Source: Camelus ferus (lineage: Eukaryota). Taken from it: a DNA stretch of 64,000 bases. How positions within the stretch are numbered: position 1 is the first letter of the stretch; each line of letters begins with the position of its first letter. Positions 39,058 to 52,070 of the stretch are shown here, piece after piece. A program made the translations under genes and the position numbers. A model generated the notes under the pieces. It searched no databases, was not told the DNA's origin, and worked only from the letters and a program-made list of their open reading frames with translations. The stretch lies in contig NC_045697.1 of assembly GCF_009834535.1 (NCBI RefSeq), forward strand, positions 85,066,001-85,130,000, read 5' to 3'.

Positions 39058-40065
39058 ACATTTACTTATATATAGTATATATTTATTTATTGAAGTATAG
39101 TCAGTTTACAATGTTGTGTCAATTTCTGGTGTACAACATAATGCTTCAGTCATGCATGAACATACATATATTCTTTTCATAGTCTTTTTCACCATAAGTT
39201 ACTATAAGATACTGAATATAGTTCCCTGTGCTATACAGTATGAACTTGTTGTTTATTCTATATATATTAGTTAGTATCTGCAAATCTTGAACTCCCAGTT
39301 TGTCCCATCCCACCCCATTCCCCTGCCTGTAACCATAAGTTTGTTTTCTATGTCTGTGAGTCTATTTCTGTTTTATAAATAAGTTTGTTTGTCTTCTTTT
39401 TTTTTAGATTCCACATAAAAGTGATATCATATGGTATTTTTCTTTCTCTTTCTGGCTTACTTCACTTAGAATGAATATATAAACAGCTCATACAACTTAG
39501 TAATGAAAAAACAAATAACCCAATCCAAAACTGGGCAGAACATCCAAACAAGCAATTCTCCAATGAAGACATACAAATGGCCAATAGACACATGAAAAAA
39601 TGCTCAACATCGCTAATTATCAGAGAAATGCAAATGAAAACTACAATGAGGTATCACCTAACACCAGTCAGAATGGCCATCATTCAAAAGTCCACAAACG
39701 ATAAATGCTGGAGAGGGTTTGGAGAAAAGGGAACTTTCCTAAACTGTTGGTGGGAATATAGTTTGGTGAAACCATCATGGAAAACAGTATGGAGATTCCT
39801 CAAAAGACTTAAAATAGACTTACCATATGATTCAGCAATCCCACTCCTGGGCATATATCCAGACGGAACTCTAATTCAAAAAGAGACATGCACTCCAATG
39901 TTCATAGTAGCATTATTTACAAACAGCCAAGACATGGAAACAACCTAAATATCCATTGACAGATGACTGGATAAAGAAGTTGTGGTATATTTATATAATG
40001 GAATACTACTCGGCCATAAAAAATAAAATAATGACATTTGCAGCAACATGGATTGGCCTGGAGAA
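39058..40065 (-). mobile_element. 5'-inverted (twin-primed) L1 insertion #1
   Basis: 39080-39474 is the L1 3' end on the minus strand; 39473-40065 is the ORF2 C-terminal region on the plus strand (..[30 protein letters not shown]..); GA microhomology at the junction; candidate TSD gagaaattt at 39049-39057 and 40061-40069. Confidence 0.92.
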
Positions 40066-42524
40066 ATTTTTTAAAAATTTGTCCATAAACATTTAAAAAT
40101 AACCATTGAATAAACATTTGAAGAAACCCCAAAATGTCCTACCTTTGACTGTTAGTTCAAGGTTGGACTCCAAAGAACTTCTTCCTTATTCTTTAATCAA
40201 GGAAGAGCAATTTTAAGTTTAAAAAGTTTTGAGATTCCATGTAAAAAGGCAGATTTTGAAATTATTTAAAAGGGAAGCAACTCATTGAATTTTTTATACA
40301 TTTATATGCATATATTTGTATGAAGAAAGACTATATTCCATCTTCAATGATATTCTAAAACAAAAAATAAAAATTTAATTTACCACAAATTTTGGAGTTT
40401 ATAGCTTATATCACAAGATATTAAGCAGGGGAAAAAATTAGTAGGCTCATTTCACTCATATATAAATATAATTTCTAGGTAGTGATATAATCTCTATTTC
40501 CTCTGAAAGAAACAACATTCATTTCTAAAGAAATAGACATTATATGACAAGTCCACTTTACAGTGAACTCCTTCATTGATAAGAAGTAACTTTTGTTTGA
40601 GTTTTTTCCCTCCTAACAGAAACATCTGCAATAGAACACTAAACTCACTTATATTGAAATCACTATGATCATTTCATGAATTCTTTGTTATCAAATTTAT
40701 TGGATTAACAGTTATGGTCTCATTATATAATACTCAAGGCACATACACAATCTGTTGAGAGGCATTCTATTATAATTATATTGTAGTAGTGATGCCAGGA
40801 ACAACTGCTTCAGAGCATCTCCTGAATAGTGGTTTCCAATTATGTAATTTTCCCTAAATTTTGTATCATAATTAAGAGTTCAGCAATTGATAACATCATG
40901 GAAGATTTTCATTTAAAAATTAGAACAGTCTCACTCATAATGTCGTATTTGGTAACCATGCTAAGAGTGAAAAAATCTGAACTGCCTGAAAAGGAGTCAC
41001 CTTTCTGTGGGCTTAACTAAGCAATATTCAGTATTAGGAAGCAGGGGCAATACTTGATATTAGGAAACATTTTTCTAAGAAAGACATATTAGGAAATAGC
41101 TACAATGTGAATGATGAAAGAGAAAATATAGAAAGACAAAAATATTTTGTTTTATTTTGATAGATGCTAATAAACAGGAACTTTCACTAAGAAAAATACC
41201 AACTTGAAAATAAATGATAAAATGCAACAGGTACTTTAGGCAAGGGAAGAAAACAAATGACTTTGCTATTAAATGCAAAGCATAAATATGAAGGTGCTGG
41301 TGGCTAATTTTTCAGGACATAGATAGTGAATATATATTATTTCATATGGTAAATCACATTTCTATTATAGCATTGAATGACATAATGAATCTCTCCTCTT
41401 CAAAATGATAAATTTTTCAAAAACCCTTAGTGTTGCCCATCAGTCCGACCCTCAGACACAGGTAAAGAGCTTTCTGCTTTGGGCTCTAGACTTTAGAGGG
41501 TCCACGTATCATAAACAAAATAAAGGAACAAACACATTTACTAAAGAACGCACGGGCACCTCTGCACTTGGGATCTGGCTCCCAGCGCCGACAAGACCTG
41601 GAACTCCAAATATCATTTCTTATTTCTGAAACTATTCAGGCCCCAGTGAAATGTCACTCATATCTTAGTCCATATGTCCTTTCAACAAAAAGTGACTACA
41701 TGGGAATGCCATGAAGATTTGTGAATTGTGCATTGACTGATATCAGAAATAGGTAACACTTTTGTTTGGTTGGAGAGGATGTGGGTAATAGCAGTGCTTA
41801 GGTAAGAGGCAGGCTAATTAGTGAAAAAATTTGTTCTCCTAGACTGTATGAATACAGTCAATTCTTGAATAATGAAGTACCATTCTATAGTAATGTCAAG
41901 CATCTGTTCTTACTTTTGTGTGCATTTCAAATTGTAGTTCTGTGACTACTCATGAATTAGCAGAGAACTCACATCAGTTGCAGATGGTGGCTGAAGAACA
42001 GTTTGCAACACTCCACAAATCATATTACTCTTAAATTTAAATATTTGTGGAACTAGATGTAAAATACATGAAGCATGAAATCAATTCTTTCAGTGGCAAC
42101 TAGATAAATATTGAACACTAGAATTGTGAATAGTGTGACTTTAATCAAAATATTTCATAAATTTAAATAAATTTTCAAACAAACGAATGTCAGCTTTATT
42201 TGAATCATTCTGTGTAAATTTTTTATTATTTAGATAATTTTAATTTTTAAGAGTTTAAAAGAAAAATAGTTTTTCAGAGTACATATAAATGCTTTAATAT
42301 TTTACTGAAACACAATAAGTATCCAGAAAGTACACATAGTATAGTTCTGTGAATTTTAATAAACTGCATAGCCAAGTAACCAGTTTTTGGATGAAGAAAG
42401 AGAACATTGTCTGCACCTAGGAGTTGCATAATACTTTGTTCCAATCACTGCTCCCTCCTCAAGATTAACCATTGTTACATCATAACGATCCTTTCATCTT
42501 TTGCATATAATCAATAATATAATT

Positions 42525-42646
42525 ACAGGAGTAACATTCCCTTATGTACACAAGTGCCACCAAGATTCAAGAGGGGGAGATTATATGGGACATACATGCC
42601 AGGGAGTGGAAATCATGGGGAGAATCTTAGAATTTGCCTGCTGTAG
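42525..42646 (-). mobile_element. MaLR LTR fragment (MLT1F/G/H-like)
   Basis: tcaagagggggagattatatggg..ccagggagtggaaatcatggggagaatcttagaatttgcct. Confidence 0.7.
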
Positions 42647-44067
42647 TAGACTATCCATTTTCAGATGCTATCTATCTGATGGAAATAAAGTAAGTCCCTC
42701 AAGATCACACGCATAGTGACACAAAGCTGCAGCCAGAATACAAGTATTCTAACACAAAACCCAATGATCTTTCTACTACATTAACCTAGGCTCAGCATGT
42801 TCATTGGCTTCCAAATGTCTTTCTGTTTTTCTATTTATCAGTATATTTTAAATAAGACAACTAGAACTAACAATTTTAGGAGTATGGGGATTTCCTTTAA
42901 AAAACAGTTATATAGACCTTCCACATTAGAGAACTAATATCATAACTGAAACAGAGTGTAGTTAATAACCATTATGCCTATTGAATAACAGACATTGTTA
43001 AACAAGTCTGTATTGTCAACAACTCAGAGACCCAGAAAGCCCGGGTTGGCACTTTTCTAAATGGTGTCCATCCAGTAGAGAGTAAAATAGGCTCACGTCT
43101 GCTGCTTTAGTCTGAATTCATAGGACTTTTAGTGTTTGCCCCACATTTTAAACACCAGGAGAATAAAAGCACCTCAGATGCTGTTCCTCCTCAAAAATCG
43201 TTTTCCATCAATCATGATAAATAATCCCTTTCTATTTAAACTATTATAGGACAATTATCTGGGTCATTATAGACAAGACACATGCACTGACAGGTTTGCA
43301 GAGTGTGGCCTGAGCAATATCTTACGCAAGGTGACATACAAAGTGCACGTCAGCTTTAAATGTATATGAAATCAGTTTTCTTTACTTTGTATTGGCACTG
43401 TCTTTGCTCCACTTAAGAAAAATAAGTGGCATATGGGAACCCAGCTCCAGCTGATGAGTACGAGGACTGGATTTTTGCTTACTGCAGAGGTTAGAATCAG
43501 AGCCTCTAAGTGGCACTTCCAGCCTCATTCTGCAAGAATCTACCCAACAGGAGACTTGAGGCATTGCCGAGACCACTGGAACCAGCTCCTGCATCCCATA
43601 CGAGTTCCTGGTGTTCTACTCTGCCAGAGTAAGAAGGTAATAATTGGGGTAGGAGAGAGACAGCCAGGCCCAGAGAATTCATAACAGGTTCACTGTGCCA
43701 AGATACGAAATATGCTGAAATATCTGATGCTCTCCGAAGCAGCCTTGGAAAATCCTATTCGCTTGCCCTCATCTGGAAACCACAACTGCTTCTTATAGAA
43801 TGTTCTGTGGTTGAAGCTGGCAGTGGTAAGTTTCCACACAACAGAGTAAATAAATGCAGTATTTGCTTTTTTAAAAAGTTAACGAACACTGCTGATTTCC
43901 AACTGCTGGTAGAAAAATATAATTGTCAAGATTTCCTTGGGAAAATTGTGATTCTTATATTTCATGAAGTCAGTGATACTAATCTACTAAAAGTCTTAAT
44001 CAACATACCCAAAGAATCAGAGAGGGCATAAAAGGGAGAGAGAGATCTTTTTGAAAATAACTAAAGC

Positions 44068-44273
44068 GGAAACAGATTCACAGACATAGAAAACAAACTT
44101 ATGTTTACCAGGGGTGGGAAGGGGGTTGGTGGAGGGAAAAATTAGGCGTTTCGGATTTGCAGATACAAATTACTGTATATAAAACAGATAAACAACGAAG
44201 TCCTATTGCACAGCACAGGGAACTATATTCAATACTTTGTAATAGTCTATAACGAAAAAGAATATGAAAAGGA

Positions 44274-44315
<42 letters not shown>

Positions 44316-44385
44316 CTCATTCACTGTGCTGTACAACAGAAATTGACATATTATAAACCCACTGTACTTCAATTTTTTAAAAAAA
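44068..44385 (+). mobile_element. 5'-truncated L1 3' UTR with internal (TG)15 microsatellite
   Basis: gaaacagattcacagacatagaaaacaaacttatg..cacagggaactatattcaata..actgtacttcaat plus A tail; degenerate TSD gaaaataactaaagc / gaaaagaagtaaaac. Confidence 0.92.
44281..44310. repeat. (TG)15 microsatellite
   Basis: Read directly; preceded by a short TA run. Confidence 0.98.
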
Positions 44386-47300
44386 GAAAAGAAGTAAAAC
44401 ATTGTTGAAGCATTATGACTCTTCTTCCCATTAATTTCCAGTCTCTGCCATAACCAGAGACCTCTAGAGTTGGAAGGAATCTTAGAGATCACTTAGGCTT
44501 CCTGTGGCCCTTTATCTGAGTGGGGAAAAGAGATCCAGAGATGTACGATAATTTATTCAAATTCACAAAGCTAGGTCATGGTAAATTCAGAGCTAGGACT
44601 TGATTCTTGTGTCACCAAATCAGCATCAGGACTTAGGTACACTCTTTCTGAACCATGTCCTACCCTCAGTTCACCTGAGAACCCCACCTTCCACCCAAAA
44701 TGTGTCCCTTTATGCTGAGCAGCTAAAGGACACTTGAAACTCCTTGTTTTCATCTGTGGCCCAAGCACACTTCCCTCGTAATCTGAACTCCAGTCCCCGT
44801 CTTTCACTCTCTCAGTAGATCCCAAACCCAAGGTGACATAAAATTTCTCTTTCCTTAACAAACTCTATCTTATTGAAAGCGACCATAGCCCTGCTGATTC
44901 TGAGGTCAGCAACTCCAGCATCCCGGGGAGCCTGCTAAGCATCTGCCAAGAACCCTCAAGATCTGTCAAAATTGTATCTCCTTCAGAATGAGCTCTGAGG
45001 ACATCCTGGGTCATCTGAACCAATTTCCGAAAAGTTTAATTCCCTGTAAGATAACAAGTCGTCCAGATAATTTCTCTGCAGCTCTGCATTATATCTTGCC
45101 ATTCATTGCTCATTGCTTCAATCACATTGTTTTTTGTTTCCATGAACTCTCTTGCTTCTTTCCCTCATTACTGTCTTATTATCTTTCTTCTTCTCTTAAA
45201 GATTCCCACCAGTTTAATATAATGAACTCCAACTTCGCTCTGCTTGGAAACCCAATTGGTCCCAGTGGAAATTCTTAACCCGAGATTTCAGGAGACCTAA
45301 CAACTGTTAGAAATTTTTTGGAAAAAAAAAATGATGTATGTGCATATTTGCTTTTGTCTAAAGAATTAAGCTCAACTTTATATTCTCTCAAAAGACTGAC
45401 AAGTAGAAAAAGATTGAGATTGATTGTTCTATGAAATTAGACCCAAACAAGGCACTCAGTTTTTGCCTCTGTGACTTTTTGTCCCTCAGAAAGTTGGTTA
45501 CAGCCCTTCTGGGCCCCGCTGTCCACACACCTCCAGCACTAATCAGCCTATAGCATGGAATACATGCCTCATTTCTCTGTGGCGTGTGAAGCATCCGAAA
45601 GGAGTCTCGCTAGTTTAGCCTGAAACTATGTATTGATGATTCAGTATAGGATGATTATGACTAAAAGGGACACTCTTGACAGGACAATAAACTTTGATTG
45701 TCAAGTAAAATCAGGTGATGATCACGGACTAAACACATTCTAAAAGGAGGCACTATCTTGATTGATATGCATTATGTAAATAGTCAACACAATAGTGCTA
45801 AAATCAGAGAACAGAAATAGCTCTCAAATACACATTCACCAGAGTACAACCATAGTGCTCAATGCACAAATTTAAGATTAAGTACGGGGAAGTGGCCAGA
45901 AGGGAGGAGAGGAGACTAGGTTACTCAAAAAAGACTGAGTAGCAGCCACAGGAGTACATTGCCAAATCTAGCCAGTGAAATAAACATTTTGCTTTTCTGA
46001 TCAAGTATTTCTGTTATGTGCTGTTCTTAGGGACTGGTATGCTGGCTATATTTTATGCAGTTCTAATTAACTTTCAAAGCAATTTTCAGAAAGCAACAAA
46101 CTGAGGAAAGATTGTATATAAGCTGGAAGTTTGCTTATTTATTACTTTGGTGAATGTGAAGACAGCTACTGTATTTCCCTAGTAGAAATTATTATCAGCA
46201 CTGTATCATTATAATATCGAATGATACCCCAGCCAATGGGCCTCTTTTTATTTATTTCAGAGTGAAAACTAGAAAAGCATGAATAACCTGTTAATATATC
46301 CATGACTGATTAGTTACCTGATATTCAAGGAACCAGTTATGAATATCAGCCTCTGCTGTAACAAAATGTTTCTTTCAAATTTATTTCTTCCATATACAAT
46401 TAGGGTCATGAATCACTTGCCTTACACAGACAAATGTCAGAAAATAAAGGTGGTTTCAATACATTATTGTTACTAGAGCAATCATTTGAACAAACACTCC
46501 AAGTTTTGAATCTTCTGGTAGGTGAGAAACTTTGTGTGTAACTTTTTAAATGAGGCTCAAGGTCACCTTACAACAACGGGGGCTGTAACTGATGTCCTGG
46601 TGCTCCGGGACGCTATACCAAAGTAGCAGTTACAATGACTTTCCTCTATGTTTTCAAATGCTGAACATTGGAGACTACTATTAGAGGCAAAGTTGGGATC
46701 TCAGTAAGTTTTTAAGGAGACCTTGGTATTTATTTTGTGATATTTAGGGTAGAAATTTAATGTTGAGTGTTTTCATCTGACTCTCTCTGGTCAGCAAAAT
46801 AAATATGCAGTTGATTTATGAAAGACTCAAAAAAAAAAAACCTTAAATTGGCATTACATGATTTCTTTGAACAATAAACAGATTTGAGTGCAGGCTAAAT
46901 TCAGAAGGCATATTTTACACTATCTCAATGGCTACAATTCCATGGGAGGCAGAAAAAAAAAAATCTATTTTGCTACTATGGACAATGTATACCCTGAGGT
47001 ATTGAGTTACCAAGCAGATGAATATTTCCAGGACTTTTAGCTTTCCTGAACATCTGCTTTTCACAACCACATTTTAAGAGGGAAAATATCTAAGAGACAG
47101 AAAAAACATACAAAATCCCCAGGACAGGAAAATTTTCCTTCTCATCTCTTCCAGAAACCAGCACCAGATTCCAAATTGAAACCACTAACCACGTGAGGAC
47201 ATTTGCAGTGTTGTTGCTTCGCATCAGTCCTTGTGAAGTCTGGGGGTAGTGAGTGTAGTTTGGAAGACACTCTGCAGCAATCAGTTTCCAAAACAGAACA

Positions 47301-47792
47301 GAGGGAGGCCAAAAGGATCGGACAGATAAACTCTCCGCCTCTTCAGGAATCAAGCAGACCCTGTTCCACATGTAAGATTTACATGGCAAGTTCTCAGTCT
47401 CTTGCTATATAAGGTGGTAAAAAGAGTTGGAGTCACCTAGGTAGAAAAATCTGCAGACACAACGCTGGCTGTTGATAGAGTGGGAGGTGCGACAGCTAGC
47501 CTGCCTTTCCATGGATGAGAAAAAAGCATGTCTTGTCTCACCTGTAAAGTCAAAGGACTTGCCCCCTTTTCATAGTTACTTAACACTTTCCTGAAAAGTG
47601 AGTACATTGCCTACTTCATGTCGTGAGTGATAAGATGAAAACCCGTCCAGTGATTCCTGTAGACATGAGCTGGTCACACAGCTCTCCTCCACCGTGCAGT
47701 AAAAAAGAATCCTGCCTGAGTTAGCACTGAAAATATTTTCCCCTTGGACTTAAATACAGTTTTTAAGGCTTATTATTATTATTATTATTTTT

Positions 47793-49183
47793 AACATTTT
47801 TTATTGATTTATAATCATTTTACAATGTTGTGTCAAATTCCAGTGTTCAGCACAATTTTTCAGTTATTCATGGACATATACACACTCATTGTCACATTTT
47901 TTTCTCTGTGAGTTATCATAACATTTTGTGTATATGTCCCTGTGCTATACAGTGTAGTCTATTCTACAATTTTGAAATCCCAGTCTATCCCTTCCCACCC
48001 TCCACCCCCCTGGTAACCACAAGTCTGTATTCTCTGTCTGTGAGTCTATTTCTGTCCTTTATTTATGCTTTGTTTTTGTTTGTTTGTTTGTTTTTGTTTT
48101 TGTTTTTTAGATTCCACATGTGAGCGATCTCATAACCCACAAACTTTTGGTCAACTCATCTTTGACAAAGGAGGCAAGAATATACGTTGGAATAAAGACA
48201 GTCTCTTCAGCAAATGGTGTTGGGAAAACTGGACAGCAGCATGTAAAACAATGAAGCTAGAACACTCCCTTACACCATATACAAAAATCAACTCAAAATG
48301 GATTAAAGACTTAAACATAAGACAAGATACAATAAACCTCCTAGAGGAAAGCATAGGCAAAACATTATCTCACATACATTTAAAAAATTTTCTCCTAGAA
48401 GAAATAAAAGCAAGAATAAACAAATGGGACCTAATGAAACTTACAAGCTTCTGCACAGCAAAGGAAACCAGAAATAAAACAAGAAGAAAACCTACGGAAT
48501 GGGAGAAAATTCTTGCAAGTGAAACCGACAAAGGCTTGATCTCCAGAATATATAAGCAGCTCATACGACTCAATAAGAAAAAAGTAAACAACCCAATCCA
48601 AAAATGGGCAGAAGACCTAAACAAGCAATTCTCCAAGGAAGACATACAAATGATCAAAAAGCACATGAAAAAATGCTCAATATCACTAATTATCAGAGAA
48701 ATGCAAATCCAAACTACAATGAGGTATCACCTCACACCAGTCAGAATGGCCGTCATTCAAAAATCCACAAATGACAAATGCTGGAGAGGCTGTGGAGAAA
48801 GGGGAACCCTCCTACACTGCTGGTGGGAATGCAGTTTGGTGCAGCCACTATGGAAAACAGTGTGGAGATTCCTCTAAAGACTAGGAATAGACTTACCATA
48901 TGACCCAGGAATCCCACTCCTGGGCTTGTATCCAGAAGGAAATCTACTTCAGGATGACACCTGCACCCCAATGTTCATAGCAGCACTATTTACAATAGCC
49001 AAAACATGGAAACAGCCTAAATGTCCATCAACAGGTGACTGGATAAAGAAGAGGTGGTATATTTATACAATGGAATACTACTCAGCCATAAAAATCGACA
49101 ACATAAGTGCCATTTGCAGCAACATGGATGCTCCTGGAGAATGTCATTCTAAGTGAAGTAAGCCAGAAAGAGAAAGAAAAATA
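47793..49183 (-). mobile_element. 5'-inverted (twin-primed) L1 insertion #2, young
   Basis: 47793-48134 is the L1 3' end on the minus strand; 48135-49183 is the ORF2 C-terminal part on the plus strand; TSD tattattattatttttaa at 47777-47794 and 49182-49199. Confidence 0.95.
48135..49183 (+). pseudogene. L1 ORF2 C-terminal fragment (cysteine-rich domain), disabled
   Basis: Translation [46 protein letters not shown] (intact C-X3-C-X7-H-X4-C); stop at 48875-48877 and an apparent frameshift near 49106. Confidence 0.93.
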
Positions 49184-49276
49184 TTATTATTATTTTTAAT
49201 AGAGTCACTGGGGACTGAACCCAGGACCTCCTGCATGCTAAGCATGTGCTCTACCACTGAGCTATTTCCCTTTCCC
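49184..49276 (-). mobile_element. tRNA-derived camelid-type (vic-1-like) SINE, head portion; rest of tail at 47756-47792
   Basis: Minus strand gggaaatagctcagtggtagagcacatgcttagcatgcaggaggtcctgggttcagtcccc with Pol III A and B boxes; outer TSD cccttggaYttaaat at 47741-47755 and 49281-49295. Confidence 0.9.
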
Positions 49277-50796
49277 ACTTCCCTTGGATTTAAATTTCTT
49301 GAGTCACCTATTCTGAAAGATCTATCATGTTTTATATGTCCAAGAGAGTTCACTGAGCAGAAATTTAATGATTTGAGTCAATACAGCCACCAATACAAAA
49401 TCAGAATAACATTCCATTACATGTTGACTTCATGTTCAGTTAGGAATACAATTATTCATAAATTCTAACATTATAGTAGAAATTCAGTCATATCAGTTGT
49501 GGGATAATGACTCCCCTAAAACTCTGAAAGAATGAAGAGTCATAGAACTGCTAGAATGGTTTGGTGATCCTCAATTTTAGAGAAGAGGGAAAAGATGTTT
49601 GCCGAAAGTCTCAGGGCTTTTTCCTACATCATCAGTTTACCCTTTTCTACTGGAACATTTCCTCAGTGAATATGCAACCAAGTTCTGGGATCTTCCTATT
49701 ATTTAAAAAATAGTAACAGCTCCCTTCCATCTCCTCTGTTTCCACTTAGCACCACCATATTCTCCTGCTACCTTCACAGCAACAACCTCTGGAGAGAGTT
49801 GTCTATCGGGGTTGTCATGACTTCATCATCTCAACATCTGTCCTCCACTCCCGCACTCACACATCACTTCCAGCCACACTGTGGAGGCTGCTCTTGTTAC
49901 GTCCTCTGTGGGCTTCTTGTCATTACCCCTAGTTTTTAATACTCTTCCACGACTGATGTAAGAGCAAAATAGATATGTATTAAGAATCATTTTGTACATA
50001 TTTTTCACTGCCTGCTATTTATATTATAAAAACAGTTGAAAAACACATTATCATATATCATTATATTGAACACCGTTACAGACATCACAAGAATACAAAA
50101 AAATTAATTTTCTCAGTAAGTTTTCTTTCTATTTAAAAAGACAGAATAGGGAGACCTTCTGAAATATCAGGGCAATTATCGATTATATCCACAAAAGCAA
50201 AATGATAGAAACACAATTAATGTGTGTTCAGGTCAATTAGACTAAGGGACTAGAGGGAAGTACAAAGGAACTGGTACCTCAGGCAATTTTTCTGAAACAG
50301 TTTAATTTTGATCAGGACTAGAAGGAGATAGTTAAAGGGAAGAAAATAAACTCCTTTACTAAACACCTGACATTACATTCCAAACAGCATACTGTTCTCT
50401 TTCCATTCAGCTACCTCCCATATTTCCCTCAGGATTCAGCCTACACAGCTACCGCCTTGTCTGTGACCCCTTCCCTGTCTCTGAGTCTCAGACCCTATCT
50501 AGTGCTTCACCATACGCACCGCACTGTACTCACCTCATGATGGACCCGCCTCCCTCGCTGGACTGTGAGCTCGACTTCTCCTGTCACCCGTGGTGACACC
50601 CAAGCAGCAACTGACATCTAGCAGGTGACCAACAAATGCTCGTTGTATGACTCAACGCACACAGCAGCCCTGAGACAAAATCATTTTTGATGATCAACAT
50701 CCTGATTAATGTTGCAGAGGGGAAAACCAAGAACCTTAGAAGTTAAAGAGATCCTAACTTTTAAGAAGCCGACTTTATGTCAACCCCAAGTCTTTA

Positions 50797-50954
50797 TTTT
50801 TTATGCATTTAGTTTTTGTTTTTGTTTTTTTGGTATATGTGTATGGGGGCGGTAATAAGGTTTATCTGTTTATTTCATGGAAGTGCTGGGGATTGAACTC
50901 AGGACCTCATACACGCTAAGCACACACTCTTCCACTGAGCTATACCCTTCCCTG
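50797..50954 (-). mobile_element. tRNA-derived camelid-type (vic-1-like) SINE
   Basis: Minus strand gggaagggtatagctcagtggaagagtgtgtgcttagcg..gagttcaatcccc; TSD caaccccaagtcttta (50781-50796) / caaacccaagacttta (50955-50970). Confidence 0.92.
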
Positions 50955-51674
50955 CAAACCCAAGACTTTAAATCTGAAGCCCAAGCCTAGTTCACTCTCC
51001 CATGTTGCCTTCTCAGCAAGTATTGTTGGAAAATAGAAGATAACTAATTCCAGGGATAGAGGTGGGAATTAGTAAATGATAAGTGAGAGTCAGACATCAG
51101 ATTGTTTTGTTTAAAGCACAGGGACCCTGTAGAAAAATCATGGAAACTGTTGCGTCTTATGTTTTGCCATAAGCATTCTGTTCTCTCCCTCTCTGCCCTC
51201 TTTCTGGGTGACCTTAGTAACTCCCATAAATTCTATCATCTCCTGTGTACTCATGATTCCAGACCACATCTCTCTTGTCCAGATTGCTCTTGTGAGGCAC
51301 TGAACCAGACCCACCTGCCCCTAGACATCTCCCTGGATGCCCTCATAGGCCACGTAACCTGATGGGGAAGCTTAAGAGTCTCTGTGTGTTTTAAAAGATC
51401 ACATTTTAAAATTAGGCCAGATCAGTGTGTTCCTGAGGAAATTATTGGGATGGATGACGCAAGTAATAGAAGTCAGTTTTGTTTGTACATAAGGAGACAC
51501 TTAATATGTCACTAAAACCCCACCTTAATTTTTCCCAGCTGAATTTTCAGGAAATCTCATGTCCAGCCATGTGGTCTAATCACATCCAACTACTTGTCTT
51601 CCCTGACCATGCCCACATTTTTATGTTCCGATGTTCCTGCCATGTTGTCCACATAGATTATACACCTGCTCATT

Positions 51675-52070
51675 CTATCAGTCTGGGTCCACGCAGGAAA
51701 ATGGAAACTACACCTGGGATTGCAGTGGAGGGATTTACTACAGAGATCAGCTCACACATGTTCTGAAGGCCTGAAAAAGCAACAGGAGGAGACTAAGGTC
51801 ATCCAGAAATGAGAACTGCAGGGACAGCTCCACTAAGGCTGGGGGAACAAAAAGGTGGAGATTGAGAATATCAGCCCCAAGGAGCTTGAGGGAGAGGCTG
51901 GTAGAGCTGGTGCTCAGACCTCGGGAGGGGATCCCGCTTGCTGCTGCAGGAGCTGAGAGAAGGGTGCTGGGCTGCTGGAGCTCAGGACCCCGAGGAGCAG
52001 GTACCACGCAGCTGCTGCTAGTACCCCGACGGGACAGGACGTGATTGGTGCTCAAGTCCTTTCAGAAACA
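51675..52070 (-). mobile_element. Ancient solo LTR (LTR33/LTR78/LTR79-like)
   Basis: tatcagtctgggtccacgcaggaaaatggaaactacacc..aactgcagggacagct..ggctgggggaacaaa..gagctggtgctcagacctc; exact family uncertain. Confidence 0.65.

Noticed and set aside
48065..48877. Longest ORF (270 aa) as a protein-coding gene
   Set aside because: It is a chance fusion of antisense L1 3' UTR sequence to an L1 ORF2 fragment across the inversion junction, with a non-ATG start and a premature stop.
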